DNA of 56,823 nt, filler included, from Sphacelaria rigidula (lineage: Eukaryota), in the NCBI GenBank assembly GCA_964200075.2. It is 6 parts of 6 records of this genome, joined end to end, with 100 filler letters (N's around TTAATTAATTAA, not from the genome) between each part and the next. Parts side by side here need not be neighbours in the genome. Positions count along the whole stretch, not along the records: positions 28,465 to 37,851 come from CAXNAA020008612.1; positions 37,952 to 47,337 come from CAXNAA020008613.1; positions 47,438 to 56,823 come from CAXNAA020008614.1; 3 more parts are not named here. One strand, given 5' to 3'. How positions within the stretch are numbered: position 1 is the first letter of the stretch; each line of letters opens with the position of its first letter. The translations under genes and the position numbers were made by a program. Below are positions 36,883-48,870 of the stretch, piece after piece. Under the pieces are notes generated by a model, which did no database searches, was not told the DNA's origin, and was given only the letters and a program-made list of their open reading frames with translations.

Positions 36883-37851
36883 CAGGGGCAACAACAGGTG
36901 ATATCTGGATTCAGAAGATGTGGCCCAAGACACTGTTGATCTGCCTACGCTTTGAAGAGGCATGGTATCAAATACGTTGAAACACGTTTTTCTGTGTTGG
37001 GGCAGGAGTTGGCCGCTGTGTCGGAAATGTGCTGTGGCCACATATCGTTACCTGGAAGTGATTTTGGGGGGAATGTGGTATTTTCTCCCCATTTGAACAT
37101 CGTAAGTGGGTTCGGTTTGGACAATGACCGAAGACTATATTTTTATTCGAAACATCTCGATGGTATTTTCGTCGGTAGGCACTCTATATGTTTGGGGCAG
37201 CATCCGACTGTGGTGCGACACACACATTTCATTGCCCGTTGCTTTGGTGGATGCACCAAGCATTAGTGCATCAGGCTGTGCATCCCCGCACCTGGCATCT
37301 TGTTAGTAGGTGGGCGATATACTTAAGGCAGGTCGCGCGTCTGTGGTGTATGGGAATGGCGGGAGAGGGAAGACGGGGTATGGAAAGGTATGAAATATAG
37401 TTATGAAAACGTGACTTCCTACGCATTTCGTGTTGTTTGGAACCCCAGTATACTGCTGTTGATGGAGAGTGTACGGTTCCGGGTAAAAACACTTTCCCTG
37501 TGTATGTTTGTGCAGCACTGGACGGACTCCTGCTCATCGTGCTGAACAGCACTATTTATGAACGGGTTCGCTGTGGGTATTCGCATGTGTAATTGCGTGC
37601 ACGGTGAAACGAGTACTTTGCAAAATACCATGTGCTACTATATTTTATGCACTATAGATCAAGCCTGGGTATGTCGGGGAGTAGTCGATGTGCGACAATC
37701 AATCATTCAATTGATTGATCAGACCGTAGCGTGCTCGTATATATGTGGCCCACGGATCAGGACACTTTCTACGATATTCCCCCCAAAACCGTGCATGGAT
37801 TTGGGAGGCAAAATCTTCACGTACATCGAAATGGGAAAAGGCGAGCACAAC

Positions 37852-37951
37852 NNNNNNNNNNNNNNNNNNNNNNNNNNNNNNNNNNNNNNNNNNNNTTAAT
37901 TAATTAANNNNNNNNNNNNNNNNNNNNNNNNNNNNNNNNNNNNNNNNNNNN
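37852..37951. other. Artificial contig linker
   Basis: Same 100-bp structure. Confidence 0.98.
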
Positions 37952-38243
37952 TTTTTTTTTTTTTTTTTTTTTCTCCCTCTTTTTTTTACAAAGGTTCTCC
38001 CCCCCCCCCCCCCCCCCCCCTCGAAAACACCCAGGATTTAAAAAATAGGTATAGGGCCTCGCACTTGTTTTTGGGCACTCCTGTTCATACTAGAACATAT
38101 ATGGGTATGTATCACAAACGATGACGGATTTCCCAGCGAGTCCACTGCCCACGTATATGCGTCATAACTCTTGACTCACACCCCTACCTGATGCGCACCG
38201 TCTCTTTTCCCCCGCTGCCGCTGGCACCTTTTCCAAGAACCAG

Positions 38244-38522
38244 ACGAACCTCCCAGACGGAGACACGATCGAGCTCGACAAGGCCTTGGAGGATGTCGTG
38301 TCTGATGTCGCCGGAGTCGAGAGTGCCCAGCTGCTCGGCATGATGAGTTCAAGTCTTTTCGATCGTGAGTACCCGCCTAGTGTTGACTGTGTCGGTGTCG
38401 TCCTCGCGTGGTGCCAAGTAAATGGATACGTTTGGAAGCATCATCCCTACACGGGACAAATGGACGTCGTGTTTGCGCCAGTTTCTAATTTGAAGCTGTT
38501 GAAAATCGCCCAGCTGTACTGA
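38244..38522 (+). CDS. Possible terminal exon of an unknown gene
   Basis: A pyrimidine tract and cag at 38243 precede a protein-like open frame (TNLPDGDTIELDKALEDVV...KIAQLY*). I do not recognise a family. Confidence 0.35.
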   Translation, partial: TNLPDGDTIELDKALEDVVSDVAGVESAQLLGMMSSSLFDREYPPSVDCVGVVLAWCQVNGYVWKHHPYTGQMDVVFAPVSNLKLLKIAQLY

Positions 38523-41420
38523 AGCGCCCGATTTATCGGCTGCAGCCTGCCCCATTAACTTTTGCGATCACCCGTACCCTTCGCCGCTGCCCCCGATCAA
38601 TCATTCCCGCAGGATCATGCAGAAGACGTGCAAGACGCACCCCTTTCAAGTGTCGACGCTCGGCGTGACATCAAAATGCGCAGAGTCAGCGATTTGTGTA
38701 GGCCACGTACTGTCCCTCAAGGGGGAGAGCACGGATGGGGTAGAGGTGGAGCAGGAGCGGTGGTCTTGGAGTCAACTGAGACCCAGCGTCCGGTGTTCGT
38801 TGTACCGTTAATTGCTGTTCAGCACAGCATGATGTCCTGTTCTTGGTTGGCCAGTTCCAAGTGCTCCCGGTGTTTTGCAGCCAATTTGCTGATGCGGTAG
38901 TATTTGTTTTCCCGTGTTGATGGCTGATCAGCCGTTCTTGATAAGTCCCTCGGCACGTGTTTCGAGTGCATTTTCGGAAATCCGATGCGGTTGGCGAGAG
39001 TCCCTGGCAAAATCGATTTGCTGCAGCTCATAGACGGGAGGCGCTCCATTGGCCTCGTGCAAGACGATTTTTTATGATCCGCTGCCATCGAGGATGAGAT
39101 CATGGAACAGAATCCTCGGCACGAAAAGGCGGGATATCAGCACTCATATCACACGCGATGACTTGCGCTTTCAAAAACAACGACGGAAACTGCGGCGAAA
39201 TTGTTGATCAGGAACGTGATTTCAAGATATCCACGAGCCCCAAGTCCACACGAATGGTGGCATCAACTGCATTTGCGAATGAATTCGGGCACAACCTGGC
39301 TAAATCGTATCTTTAACTCGAACCGCACGACTCACACTACTTTGGAGACCTCTTGAACGGTGCATTTTTCTACAAATGCGCACCTGTGGGCCAGCGCGCA
39401 ACATTGTCCAACATTATTCTGCCATTCAATTCAGGCAACGGGTGGCAGGAATGTTCCAACATGCTACACGTGTAAACGTTTCGTCTCATTATCGGAACCG
39501 GCGCAGCGAGACATGCTATGAATAAAACCTTACTCTCAATCGTACTTTAAACGCTCGATTTCACGGAAACATTGTTGGGTTTGCCAGCAGGATATTGCAC
39601 CAATGTGCGAGGTGAGCGTTTTGTCCATTAATGATGTAGACACACCCGGCCACTGAAAGCCATGAAAACCCTGCTCTCAATCGTATCGTAGATTCTAAAT
39701 CTCACAAAAAAACATTGTTTTAAGCGTTTCTCCGACGGTTTTGGATTTTCCGAACTATGTTTTGAATGAGTCCGCTGCGCCGTTCTTGGCCGGGCTCATG
39801 AGAGTTGGTCTGACCGTACGTGCCTGCGCATCGATAGCCAAGATCTGGAACATCCTGGCGGGGTTCCTTCGGAGACTGATTGTACAACTACTTGCTACAT
39901 GGGTCAACTAAAGGTGGGAATGTTCCAAGACTAACCCACGATAACCATTTCCTCGTCCTTCTGTCAGCACGTAGCTGTCGACTCAAGCGGCAAGCTCCGC
40001 CATACTCCGACAACAGAACCCGATATGTCAACTACGAGGAAATACGACGCTTCACAGATACCCACCATATGTCCACGATCTACTATTTGAACAATACCGC
40101 CACCGCTACTGCTACGAATAATAATGTCTACTAATGTATTCATATTTCCCGTATCACCTACTCAAGCGCGACCTAATTATGCATGCATGGGCACATTTAG
40201 AAAAGCAACACTCAGCCCCCAGCACACCCACAGCGGCCTCGGAAGCGTCAAGGTCTACCCTTCAGTACTCGACGAAAATCTCAGTCCCCGCAGACCCCGG
40301 GTATGAAACTTCTATATTCCCGCCCGCGCTCCTATCTAAACATAAAAATCGAGGCGAACAACTGAAGACGAGTCTGTTTCTCGTCCAGAGAAGGTATGAA
40401 TGCGAACAAACATCGAACCGACACACGAAAGGTACAACTCAAGCTGCCCTGAGAACGCCCCCTCCCCACCCTTTCCAGGATGACGGGTAAAGACCGCATG
40501 AACAGCGGAATGAACCCGACTTCGCAGCAGTCTCGTGAGTAGGGGAGGGAAGACGATGGTGTGAGTAATATTAAACTTCACCTCCAGGCCCACGCCGTCT
40601 GGCGCATTCAATCAATTTCTTTTGTACTTAGCCTATTCGATGCGTACATCTTGTGCCAACCCTCTCGGGCACCTTCGTCCGGCCAGTGCGCCCACAAGAC
40701 GCTCTTGGGTATCGTACTAGCAACTATGACCATGTGTACTCCGTAGTTGTATTCAGCCGTGGATGGGGGTTGTTTCTCTTCAGCTACCTCTTAACAACAG
40801 ACACTCCCGAGCGCGCGACCAAAGTTGGTCTCAGGGACCAACGCGAGACAAGTTCTCCTGTTTGCTTCGCGAGAACAAGCTGCGACGCTTCATCGTCACT
40901 CCATGCAACAACAGTCCTCTCCATCAGTCAAAAGTGATATTTTCCTCATTTCTCAACCATATGCGACGAGAAATACTTTTCCAAGTTGATGATCGATGGA
41001 CTCTATAGAAGGTATCCTTCGGGTTTTTTCGACAGACAAACGTGTATTTTAGAAACGAAAAGATCAGACAAGAATGAATGACTGTCCGACAGAAAATAGT
41101 TCGTTTTACTTTCAAAAGCACAATGAAAAGAGGGGCAGGAAAGTAAGCCTGCACTGTTCTTACTCCATATACCCAATCAAATCATATCAGTACAAACTCG
41201 TCACGAGAAGGACGGTACCGCCCAATCTACATCACATACAGAAACAGTACCCTGCGAAGATATTGGAATCGTCTCGTGCGCACCCACTACTTCGAGGGAA
41301 AACGTCTCCGAAAGACGCCAAGAGGTACATGTACGATGCACCACGCTGTCAAATGGACGACAAAAAGTGACCGCACGCGCACACAACGGCGTTGGTTGTT
41401 TCCTCATCTCACCATCACTT

Positions 41421-44400
41421 CTACCTGACACACTCGTCATCGGCTTCAAAGTATATAGCATCGCAAACAGCATCATCGTCCGCGTTGTTGACGAAAATCA
41501 TGTTGTTCGCGGGGGTCAACGACCCACCGGCCACCACGAACACGGGGGCACCAATCGGGTCATCGCTTGGATTGTTGAAGAACACAGTATCTTCGGCCAG
41601 GATCATCTCGCCCGTCTCCCCCACAACAATAGCACCTCCACGGTCGGGTGAGTTTCCGTTGAAAAACAGAGCTGCTCCCGAAAACTTGAATTCACCCGCG
41701 TTGAAAATCGAACCGGCTATTCCGTCGAACGCCCTGCAGTCGTTGAAAACCGCGGTCGCGCCGTCCTTGAACTTGAAGGTGGCGCTCTCCCCGTTGAAAA
41801 TCGCGCCTGCCGTCTCCGCGCTCAGGTTTTCGAAAATGGAATCACCCTTAACTATAACCCTGCCCAGGTTGTAGAAGCCGGCGCCGTTGTTGCCCTCATC
41901 GTCGATGATGGACACGTCCTTGATTTCCAGGGTGTCCTGGAATACGACGACTGCGTTTTCACCCACCCAAAGAGCTCCGCCCGGCCCCGGCGAGCTCTCT
42001 CCACCACCGCTGTTCTCGCAGTTGTCGAAGATAGCCTGTTGAATACCAGCATGATGGAGGGAAATATTCCAAAGTTGCTCAGGATAGGGGACGTGCCCTG
42101 GGTGACCCTGGATTTCAGGGTAGCTTGGAGTAACCGATGATTCAGGGCACGCAGGGTATAGATGGCAGAACTAGAGAGAGTGCCGGTACCGCTGGAGTCA
42201 TGGGACATGTGAAATATTCAGTATACCAGGGTACCCACGGGTGCGTTTTACACCACTGCACCTTACTACCCTACCCTGAGCATGTTTGGAAGATCCGTAT
42301 TTCATGGCCATGATCGGATCGGTGTGTGTGCTTGTGTGCGTCGGTGGGCCTATGACCACGTGTTACATGTAATAGAACGCATGCGGACACGCCCAGATGG
42401 TGTAGCTACTACAGATTAAAACACTGGTGGAGGCAGAGTGCAGGGTTTCACGGGTAGAGTGACTCATGGTTTCGTGAGGTTTGACTTCTTTCGCCTGCCG
42501 AGTGATCATGATGTGCCGAATGGTCTTGACGTTGGGATCAAATAGATGGAGAAAAGGTGTAGCATCAATTTTGGGTTCGTAAAATAGAGATGGATCGAGG
42601 TTTGGGGATCACTCTGTTGTCAACGAGGGTGCGCGCAACCAACGAAAAGCTAAAAGCTGTCGCGTTCCGGTTTCCGGCGCTAGGGGTTAACCGGGGGTAC
42701 CGTTCCTACATGATCACTGGCGCCAACGGGGTCAAGGATAGTTGGTCCATGGAGAGGTCACATCAGTCAATGGGCAAACACGAGTGCTACACACTCATTG
42801 ACGACAAAAAACAAGGTTCAGCTCAACGTGTCACAACACACTGAATATGGTACCCCCCTGATACGTCAATGTTCATACCAAGCTTCGTCGACAGCCGTGG
42901 TGCTCATGACATCGATCGATCAGTAATCGTCGTCGGATAGACTTGCTCCTTCGACAACAGCTGGCATTGGTTTTGTCGATCACCATAACCCAGTCCCCAC
43001 CTCGTTTTACCAGGTGATGCGGTGATCAAATGTGGTAGACGAAGTCATGGTACAGTATCGCCTTCACTAGAAATAAAAGTATGGTGTTCGCATGAGACAT
43101 GAGATTACTGTACCGTGAGAGGACCGTGTGCTCAAAGGGCCGCATCATAGTTCAAAACACCTCAGGATAGACGTTTTTCAAAACCACTCGAGCCGGTCCC
43201 TGCAGGGACCACGCTCCTGAACCTAACCCCAACCTTGACCATACGAGCTGGGCAGGCAGGCCTAGACACGGATTTACACACGCGGCCATTCGGCTACCCT
43301 CATAAACATCCTCTATCGTGATTTCCATCCTCTCGAGGGTGAGGTGATCCTGCGGAGGATAAAAATACCCCCTAGAGGGTATTACATACTCAGTTCCGGT
43401 CATAAAACGAAGCCTCTGGAGGGCATCTGATGCTCCAGTGACTTCCCACGTCTGAATCTCTCGAGAGTAACAAAAAATATGGTGCTCTGGAGGGCTGTGC
43501 ATCCTCCAAGTTCCTCCAGAGGATGCGCGGCCCTCCGGGGCAAAGGGCGTTCGATACTAACCCTCTGTAGGGCCGCGCACCCTCTAGAGGCGTTTAATTC
43601 CTCTGGAGGCTCGAACTGTTGACCGGAACAGAGTATTTTGGGGGGTAGCCGAATGGCCGCGTGTGTAAGCTCTCAAAGCAATATCTCGTTGACACGGACG
43701 AGTTGGGCCATGATCCAACTTTTGCATTAATCGTCTAACCAAGGGGAAGGTGCCCATCTGCTCATAATTTTGGGCCCATATTTTCTCGTTGATAAAACCC
43801 CATGTCTAGTAATTCCTACACCCAAGGGAGATAGCGTCCATAATAAAATCTCTATGAAACCCCCGATCGATGCATTCAGCGGATGACGACGAATTTTGCT
43901 ATGCACATTCCCTGGAGCACGGGGAGACGATATATACCCCCACCTTCACCTAATTCGTAATCTACCTCGAGGAAATGGCGCACACAATTTTTCATACTGA
44001 AATCAGTATATTACGAGCAGATGCGCTAGACTAGCTGATCCTGGATATCGCGTCTCGGTTTCTGAGAGCTATGCTATAAACTTTCGTATGGAGAACCGCT
44101 AGTGCATACTAGAGCTTATAAACACAGCTTCTTCAATTTTTTCGTTTCATTTCTTCATCTTTTTTCGGGTTTTCTCGGGCAGTTTCGAGGAGAAATGAAC
44201 ACACTGCTTTTGGGCCTCATCTCAATTTCCAAGTTCATTTTTTAGAAGTGTAATTTGAAACTCAGCATAGAGGACAACAGAGGTATGCAAAAAATATAAA
44301 ATAACTGGGCCTTCATTTGTTTTTTGGAGAAGTTCAGGTGTTCTTGTGAAAAAATGGTCTCCACCAGGCTTGAACCCCCGAAACCAAAGAAGAAAAAAAA

Positions 44401-47054
44401 CGACCTCGCCCACTTTGTTTTGTTGATCATGCCCTAGCCACGCCCTACACAAAGTTTCAATACACAAACACCAAACGTGGGCCGGTAAATGGCCTGCACA
44501 ATACTGTTCGGAATTTCTTCTGACCCTGTCACTAAGTGGCACATTGTACGGCTAATACTTGGAGATGGACCCTGAAAATTGGTATAGACAAAAAGTAGGG
44601 CGTAATACAAAAACTACTAGTGCACACAAGTTTTCTTCTCTTCATGAATTAAGGGCAATAATCAGTTTTCAGATATCGGTAAAATGCCACCAACTCATGG
44701 AAAAAAAACCTTGTGTGCACCAGTAATTCTTCATCATGCCCTACTCATTGTCCATACCAAAAATCAGGGTCCAACTCCAAGTATTGGCCGTATAATGGGC
44801 CTGCAAACTACATAATCGCTTCTCGGCTGGCCCGGCTCGTAGCAATGTTCAAACTCCGATGCGATCCTTCAAGCACGCGATCCTCTCACGCATTACACCA
44901 TTCAAGTGGCCGGGTGCCCTGTACCCGCCTTTCAACCCCACTCCCCCACGCACTTTTTACCACGTTCCCCTCTCGCAGGGTGAGGGTTAGGACCGAATGG
45001 GTTGGAACAGACCAGGAGTCCAATCACAGTCTCGTCGAGGAGAGACTATAATATTTTAGTCAAACCTTCCTTACATGTTGCGCGAGAGGATGACGTTCCT
45101 CTGTATACGGATGCAAACTGATGTACAGTGAACCGTTTCTCCATGCTCTCGTGTCAAAGCACATTATTGTACAACATGGGTGGTGGCATTTTCCTCGAGG
45201 TCTGCAGTCAGTGTTCACATGACCGACCTCATGATTCGCACGCCCACCCTCTCCCGTTTTTGACAACGACTCACCTCGCCGGCAACCCGGAAGTAGCCGT
45301 CAGTCCAAATGCAGCCACCGACGAGCTGGACCGACGCGAAGTCACCGTCGTCAACAATGCTGCGCACACCTACGTTCTGGGTCATGAAGTCGTTGAGGAA
45401 TCTCACGCGCGAGCCCGTGCCAATAAACAGGGCGCCACCGTCGACGCCCGGCAAATCGTCCTCTTCGCCCACAGTGCCCACAAACCTTGCGTTGGGCTCG
45501 AAAGTCAGCTCACCTCCGTTAATGACTTCGAATCGTACCTGGAAAGTGTAGTGGAGGGAGGAAGTATTGTTTTCAGTTTTGAATTTCGACGACATAACAA
45601 CCGCTCTTCCCCCCCGTCCCTCGACATACCTTGAATAACAGCCCCGCCTTCCTCGGGAAAAGTCCGCAGTTTGGATTGGTACCGGCCGACGAATATGATA
45701 ATTACCATAACTTCAAGTAGAACTTATACGCAGAACTGGCGGGTATTAGCCAGCACAACCCCGGTTTCGAAATGCCGGGTGAGTTCCGAAAGGCCGCCGG
45801 TGCTTCGGGTGCTCTTGCCTCGGGCAAAAAGCACCGTACCGAAGGTACATCACGGAGTCTGCCATCTCCATGGTGACCGGTTGGAACCAAGATAGATCGT
45901 TTCCGATCTACACGAATGAAGCATTGGCGTGGATGATTGGTCATGTCTCACTATACTGGAGGCAGACAGACACTGTACCGAAAAACCCTCGAACCACGTC
46001 TCACGAAAGTACCGCGCACATATAGAGGGGGATTCTTGGGCTCTCGGCAAGGCACCGGGTACTGGAAATGCCTACGAAAAAGAATGGAACGGGACGCTTG
46101 CTGCAACTGGGCGAACGGCACTAGCCCCTGGTCTATAATCTACGGGAATCAATCCATCCTCGCCCGGTGTAAACTATGATATGTCGATTTCCTCGAATCA
46201 GTCACCTTCGAGTCATGTTTTTTTTGACAACAGTGGGATCAAAGACCCTAACCAAGATTCGTGGTTGATTTATTTTATCTACTGGTGCTGTCATTTTCCA
46301 CACCCAATTATTCCCTCTTCCTCGTCCAGATATAAGTTTGCTCTGTCACTTTCCCCCGTCATTTTTCAATTTGAGCTATACAAGTCGAAACCTATTACGA
46401 AGCATCGTCACACCCGAGAAAGGCCCGACAGGCCCGGAATATCGATTAGTTGGGTCGACAAAACTGCCGACGTCCAGCTGTGCGAACCCTTTGTTTGAAC
46501 CAGTCCACGAAGTACACCTCGTTACCTCCCTGTCCCTCACAAATATCTCATTTTCACGAACGGGTTCGGAATATCGACCGAGAGCTTTAGATATTTTTGC
46601 GTTGTACGAAATTGTTGTTGCCCAAATCAAGACCGGAGACCCTGACATTTTCCAGCCATCGTTCCACTCCATCCAGCCCTGTGGCCGCCAGGGTAAGCGA
46701 TCTGAGTCTCAGAGTGATGCCGATTGACCAGATGAGCCTCCCCGGCGGCAAAAGGTTCAAACAAAACACCGACCTGCACTTTGGATAAACTCCGACGTTT
46801 GCGATAAAAGGAAAAATCAACCTCTACTAGACTACTACCCAGTTTTATACGAACTTTACTGGTGAAGGCTATGCGCCCATCCTTGCCTGCTCCAAGTTTG
46901 CGTCGCCGAAGTTGAAGCTAAGATCCTCGCTTGACAAGATCGTTAAATGATTCCCGTCGATGGTCATAGTGGTGAAGGTGTCGCACACGATATCCGCGAA
47001 GGGGCTCATCTCGAAGGTGGCGTCGCCATTATCGGACACGTCGTTCACGGCTTC
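41421..47054 (-). CDS. Polymorphic-membrane-protein/adhesin-like beta-helix protein, 5'-partial. Exons 47054-46887, 45538-45275, 42035-41421
   Basis: Repeated GGA(L/I) and FxxN/FxxC motifs (DGGALFIG, PGGALWVG, RGGAIVVG, IFDNC, VFFNN). The exons join in phase 0: NLEQ|VRFEV and VAGE|AIFDN. A possible further exon lies at ~47235-47320. Confidence 0.85.
43277..43665. mobile_element. MITE, Tc1/mariner-like (TA flanks), intronic
   Basis: Perfect 23-bp TIR cacacgcggccattcggctaccc / gggtagccgaatggccgcgtgtg, with TA on both sides. Confidence 0.85.
43680..44520. repeat. Dispersed repeat (probable non-autonomous DNA transposon)
   Basis: 43680-43900 and ~44270-44520 match the reverse complement of 47570-48050 on another contig. 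Confidence 0.75.
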
Positions 47055-47337
47055 CTGGCGGGAGGTATGCACACCAGGTATCACAACGTACTCACATGTA
47101 AGACCGTTCTCATGTCTTGGTAAATGAATGTCTTCGGTTGGTCAGTGTCATAGCCAAGCCTGGGTCCCGTAGCAAATATTCATCCAATCAATCGATCAAC
47201 CCATTACTCAAACGAGGTCAGGTTTCGTACTTCACCCGTGGATAGCGAGCGTCGCCTCCGAACAGTTCATCAGGGTGACAGTCCGGACACATTCGGGGGT
47301 TTCCGGTGGCCGTGGTGTGGGTTTTGAAGGGGGGGGG

Positions 47338-47437
47338 NNNNNNNNNNNNNNNNNNNNNNNNNNNNNNNNNNNNNNNNNNNNTTAATTAATTAANNNNNNN
47401 NNNNNNNNNNNNNNNNNNNNNNNNNNNNNNNNNNNNN
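47338..47437. other. Artificial contig linker
   Basis: Same 100-bp structure. Confidence 0.98.
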
Positions 47438-47569
47438 CAGCGCCGCGCCCCAAAGCGAAAAATGCGCTACCCTTTTTTGCTCCAAAAGCATAAGGGTGCA
47501 CCCTTTTTTGTATATTGCCCAACTCTAAATATCGCCCGGCGCATTCGCCTTTTAAAGAATCGGATCGGT

Positions 47570-48050
47570 AGAATTTCGGAACAGTATTTCGCAGGCCACT
47601 CACCTGCCCACGTTTGGTTTTCGTGTATTGAAATTTTGTGTGGGCGCTTTCTAAGGCATAATTAACAAAAAAAAGTGGGTCAGGTTGATTTTTTTCAATT
47701 TTTTCCACTGGTTTAGGGCGTTGTATTATGGTAAAGACCATATTTCACGAGAACGCCCTAACCTCTATGAAAAAATAGATAAATGGAAGGCTCATTTTTT
47801 TTTTCGGCACTCTTTTGTGGTTCTCCACACCAAAATTCGTCGCCATCCGCTAAATGCATCGATCGGAAGTTTCATAGAGATTTTAGTATTGGCGCCGTCT
47901 CCCTTAGGTATAGGAATTACTAGACATGGGGTTTAATCATCGAGATAATATGGGCCCGATTGTTTGAGTAGATGGGCACCTTCCCCTTGATTTAGACGAT
48001 TAATACGATATGCGGATCACGGCCCAACTCGTCTGTGTCGATGAGATATT
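47570..48050. repeat. Second copy of the dispersed repeat at 43680-44520
   Basis: For example taggaattactagacatgggg and agatgggcaccttccccttg are exact reverse complements of segments at ~43740-43820. Confidence 0.75.
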
Positions 48051-48075
48051 TCCGTTTTTAGGCTGGCTCAGCTCG

Positions 48076-48203
48076 CAATGTATGGAAGAAACGCAATGAG
48101 CTCCGGAATGTTGGAGGTGTATGTATTAGGAGTAGGAACGGTGCTCAGACTCGCAAGGAATGCGTGGTCAATGGTCAAACGACTAAGGCAAGCAACAAAT
48201 GAG
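48076..48203 (+). mobile_element. LINE 3'-end fragment with a C-rich tail
   Basis: Reverse complement of 23664-23780. Confidence 0.75.
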
Positions 48204-48639
48204 TACGCCCCCCCTCGTCCACCTCCGCCCCCCTGCGCCCTCCATCGCCAGCATCCTGCTGCGTGTCTCGTCCCCGCTATCCCCCGACCTCCGGACAACG
48301 TGGATCTATTCGGTACTACAGTTGCATTTCAGAGGTCGGAGGATGGCAAAAACGCAAATATGGATTTTAGTAGGCCCCAGTGAAGAAGCAAAACCTCAAC
48401 CCCGAGGAGCACACTCACTCGATGTGACGTCTCGTCACGCCCATATCGTACAGTGGAAACGGTTACACGCAACAAGCACGACTGCAAATGATCAGTAGCT
48501 TTTGACTGTGTTGTTGCGTGTTGTCATCCCAGCTATTCTAGACGGCAGTGACACCTTTCGGTGTTGGGCGCATAAGCCGGGGTCACACAGGAGGAAGGCC
48601 AGCACAAGAGTTTTTTTCTTCTTTTTCTTCTTATTCCGT

Positions 48640-48870
48640 ATTCCACCTTCTGCGGTACGTGCCTTTTATATGGCAAGAGGGGTTCAGCAGTCCCTCTCCT
48701 TCGTCGACCGTGAAATCGAGTTCTATGTACCCACGACGTAGTCGCTCCCGATCCTCTATTGGGCATGGTGTGAGGAAAAATCCTAGATCATGTGACTTCA
48801 CCGAGATTCGAACCCACAACTCAACCATTAGAAGCGTTCGAGGTTACCAACAGAGCAATCGGGGCGACCG
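48640..48870 (-). mobile_element. tRNA-derived SINE (second family)
   Basis: Minus strand starts cggtcgccccg, with a degenerate A box and a B box GGTTCGAATC (~48814-48805). The 3' boundary is approximate. Confidence 0.65.
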
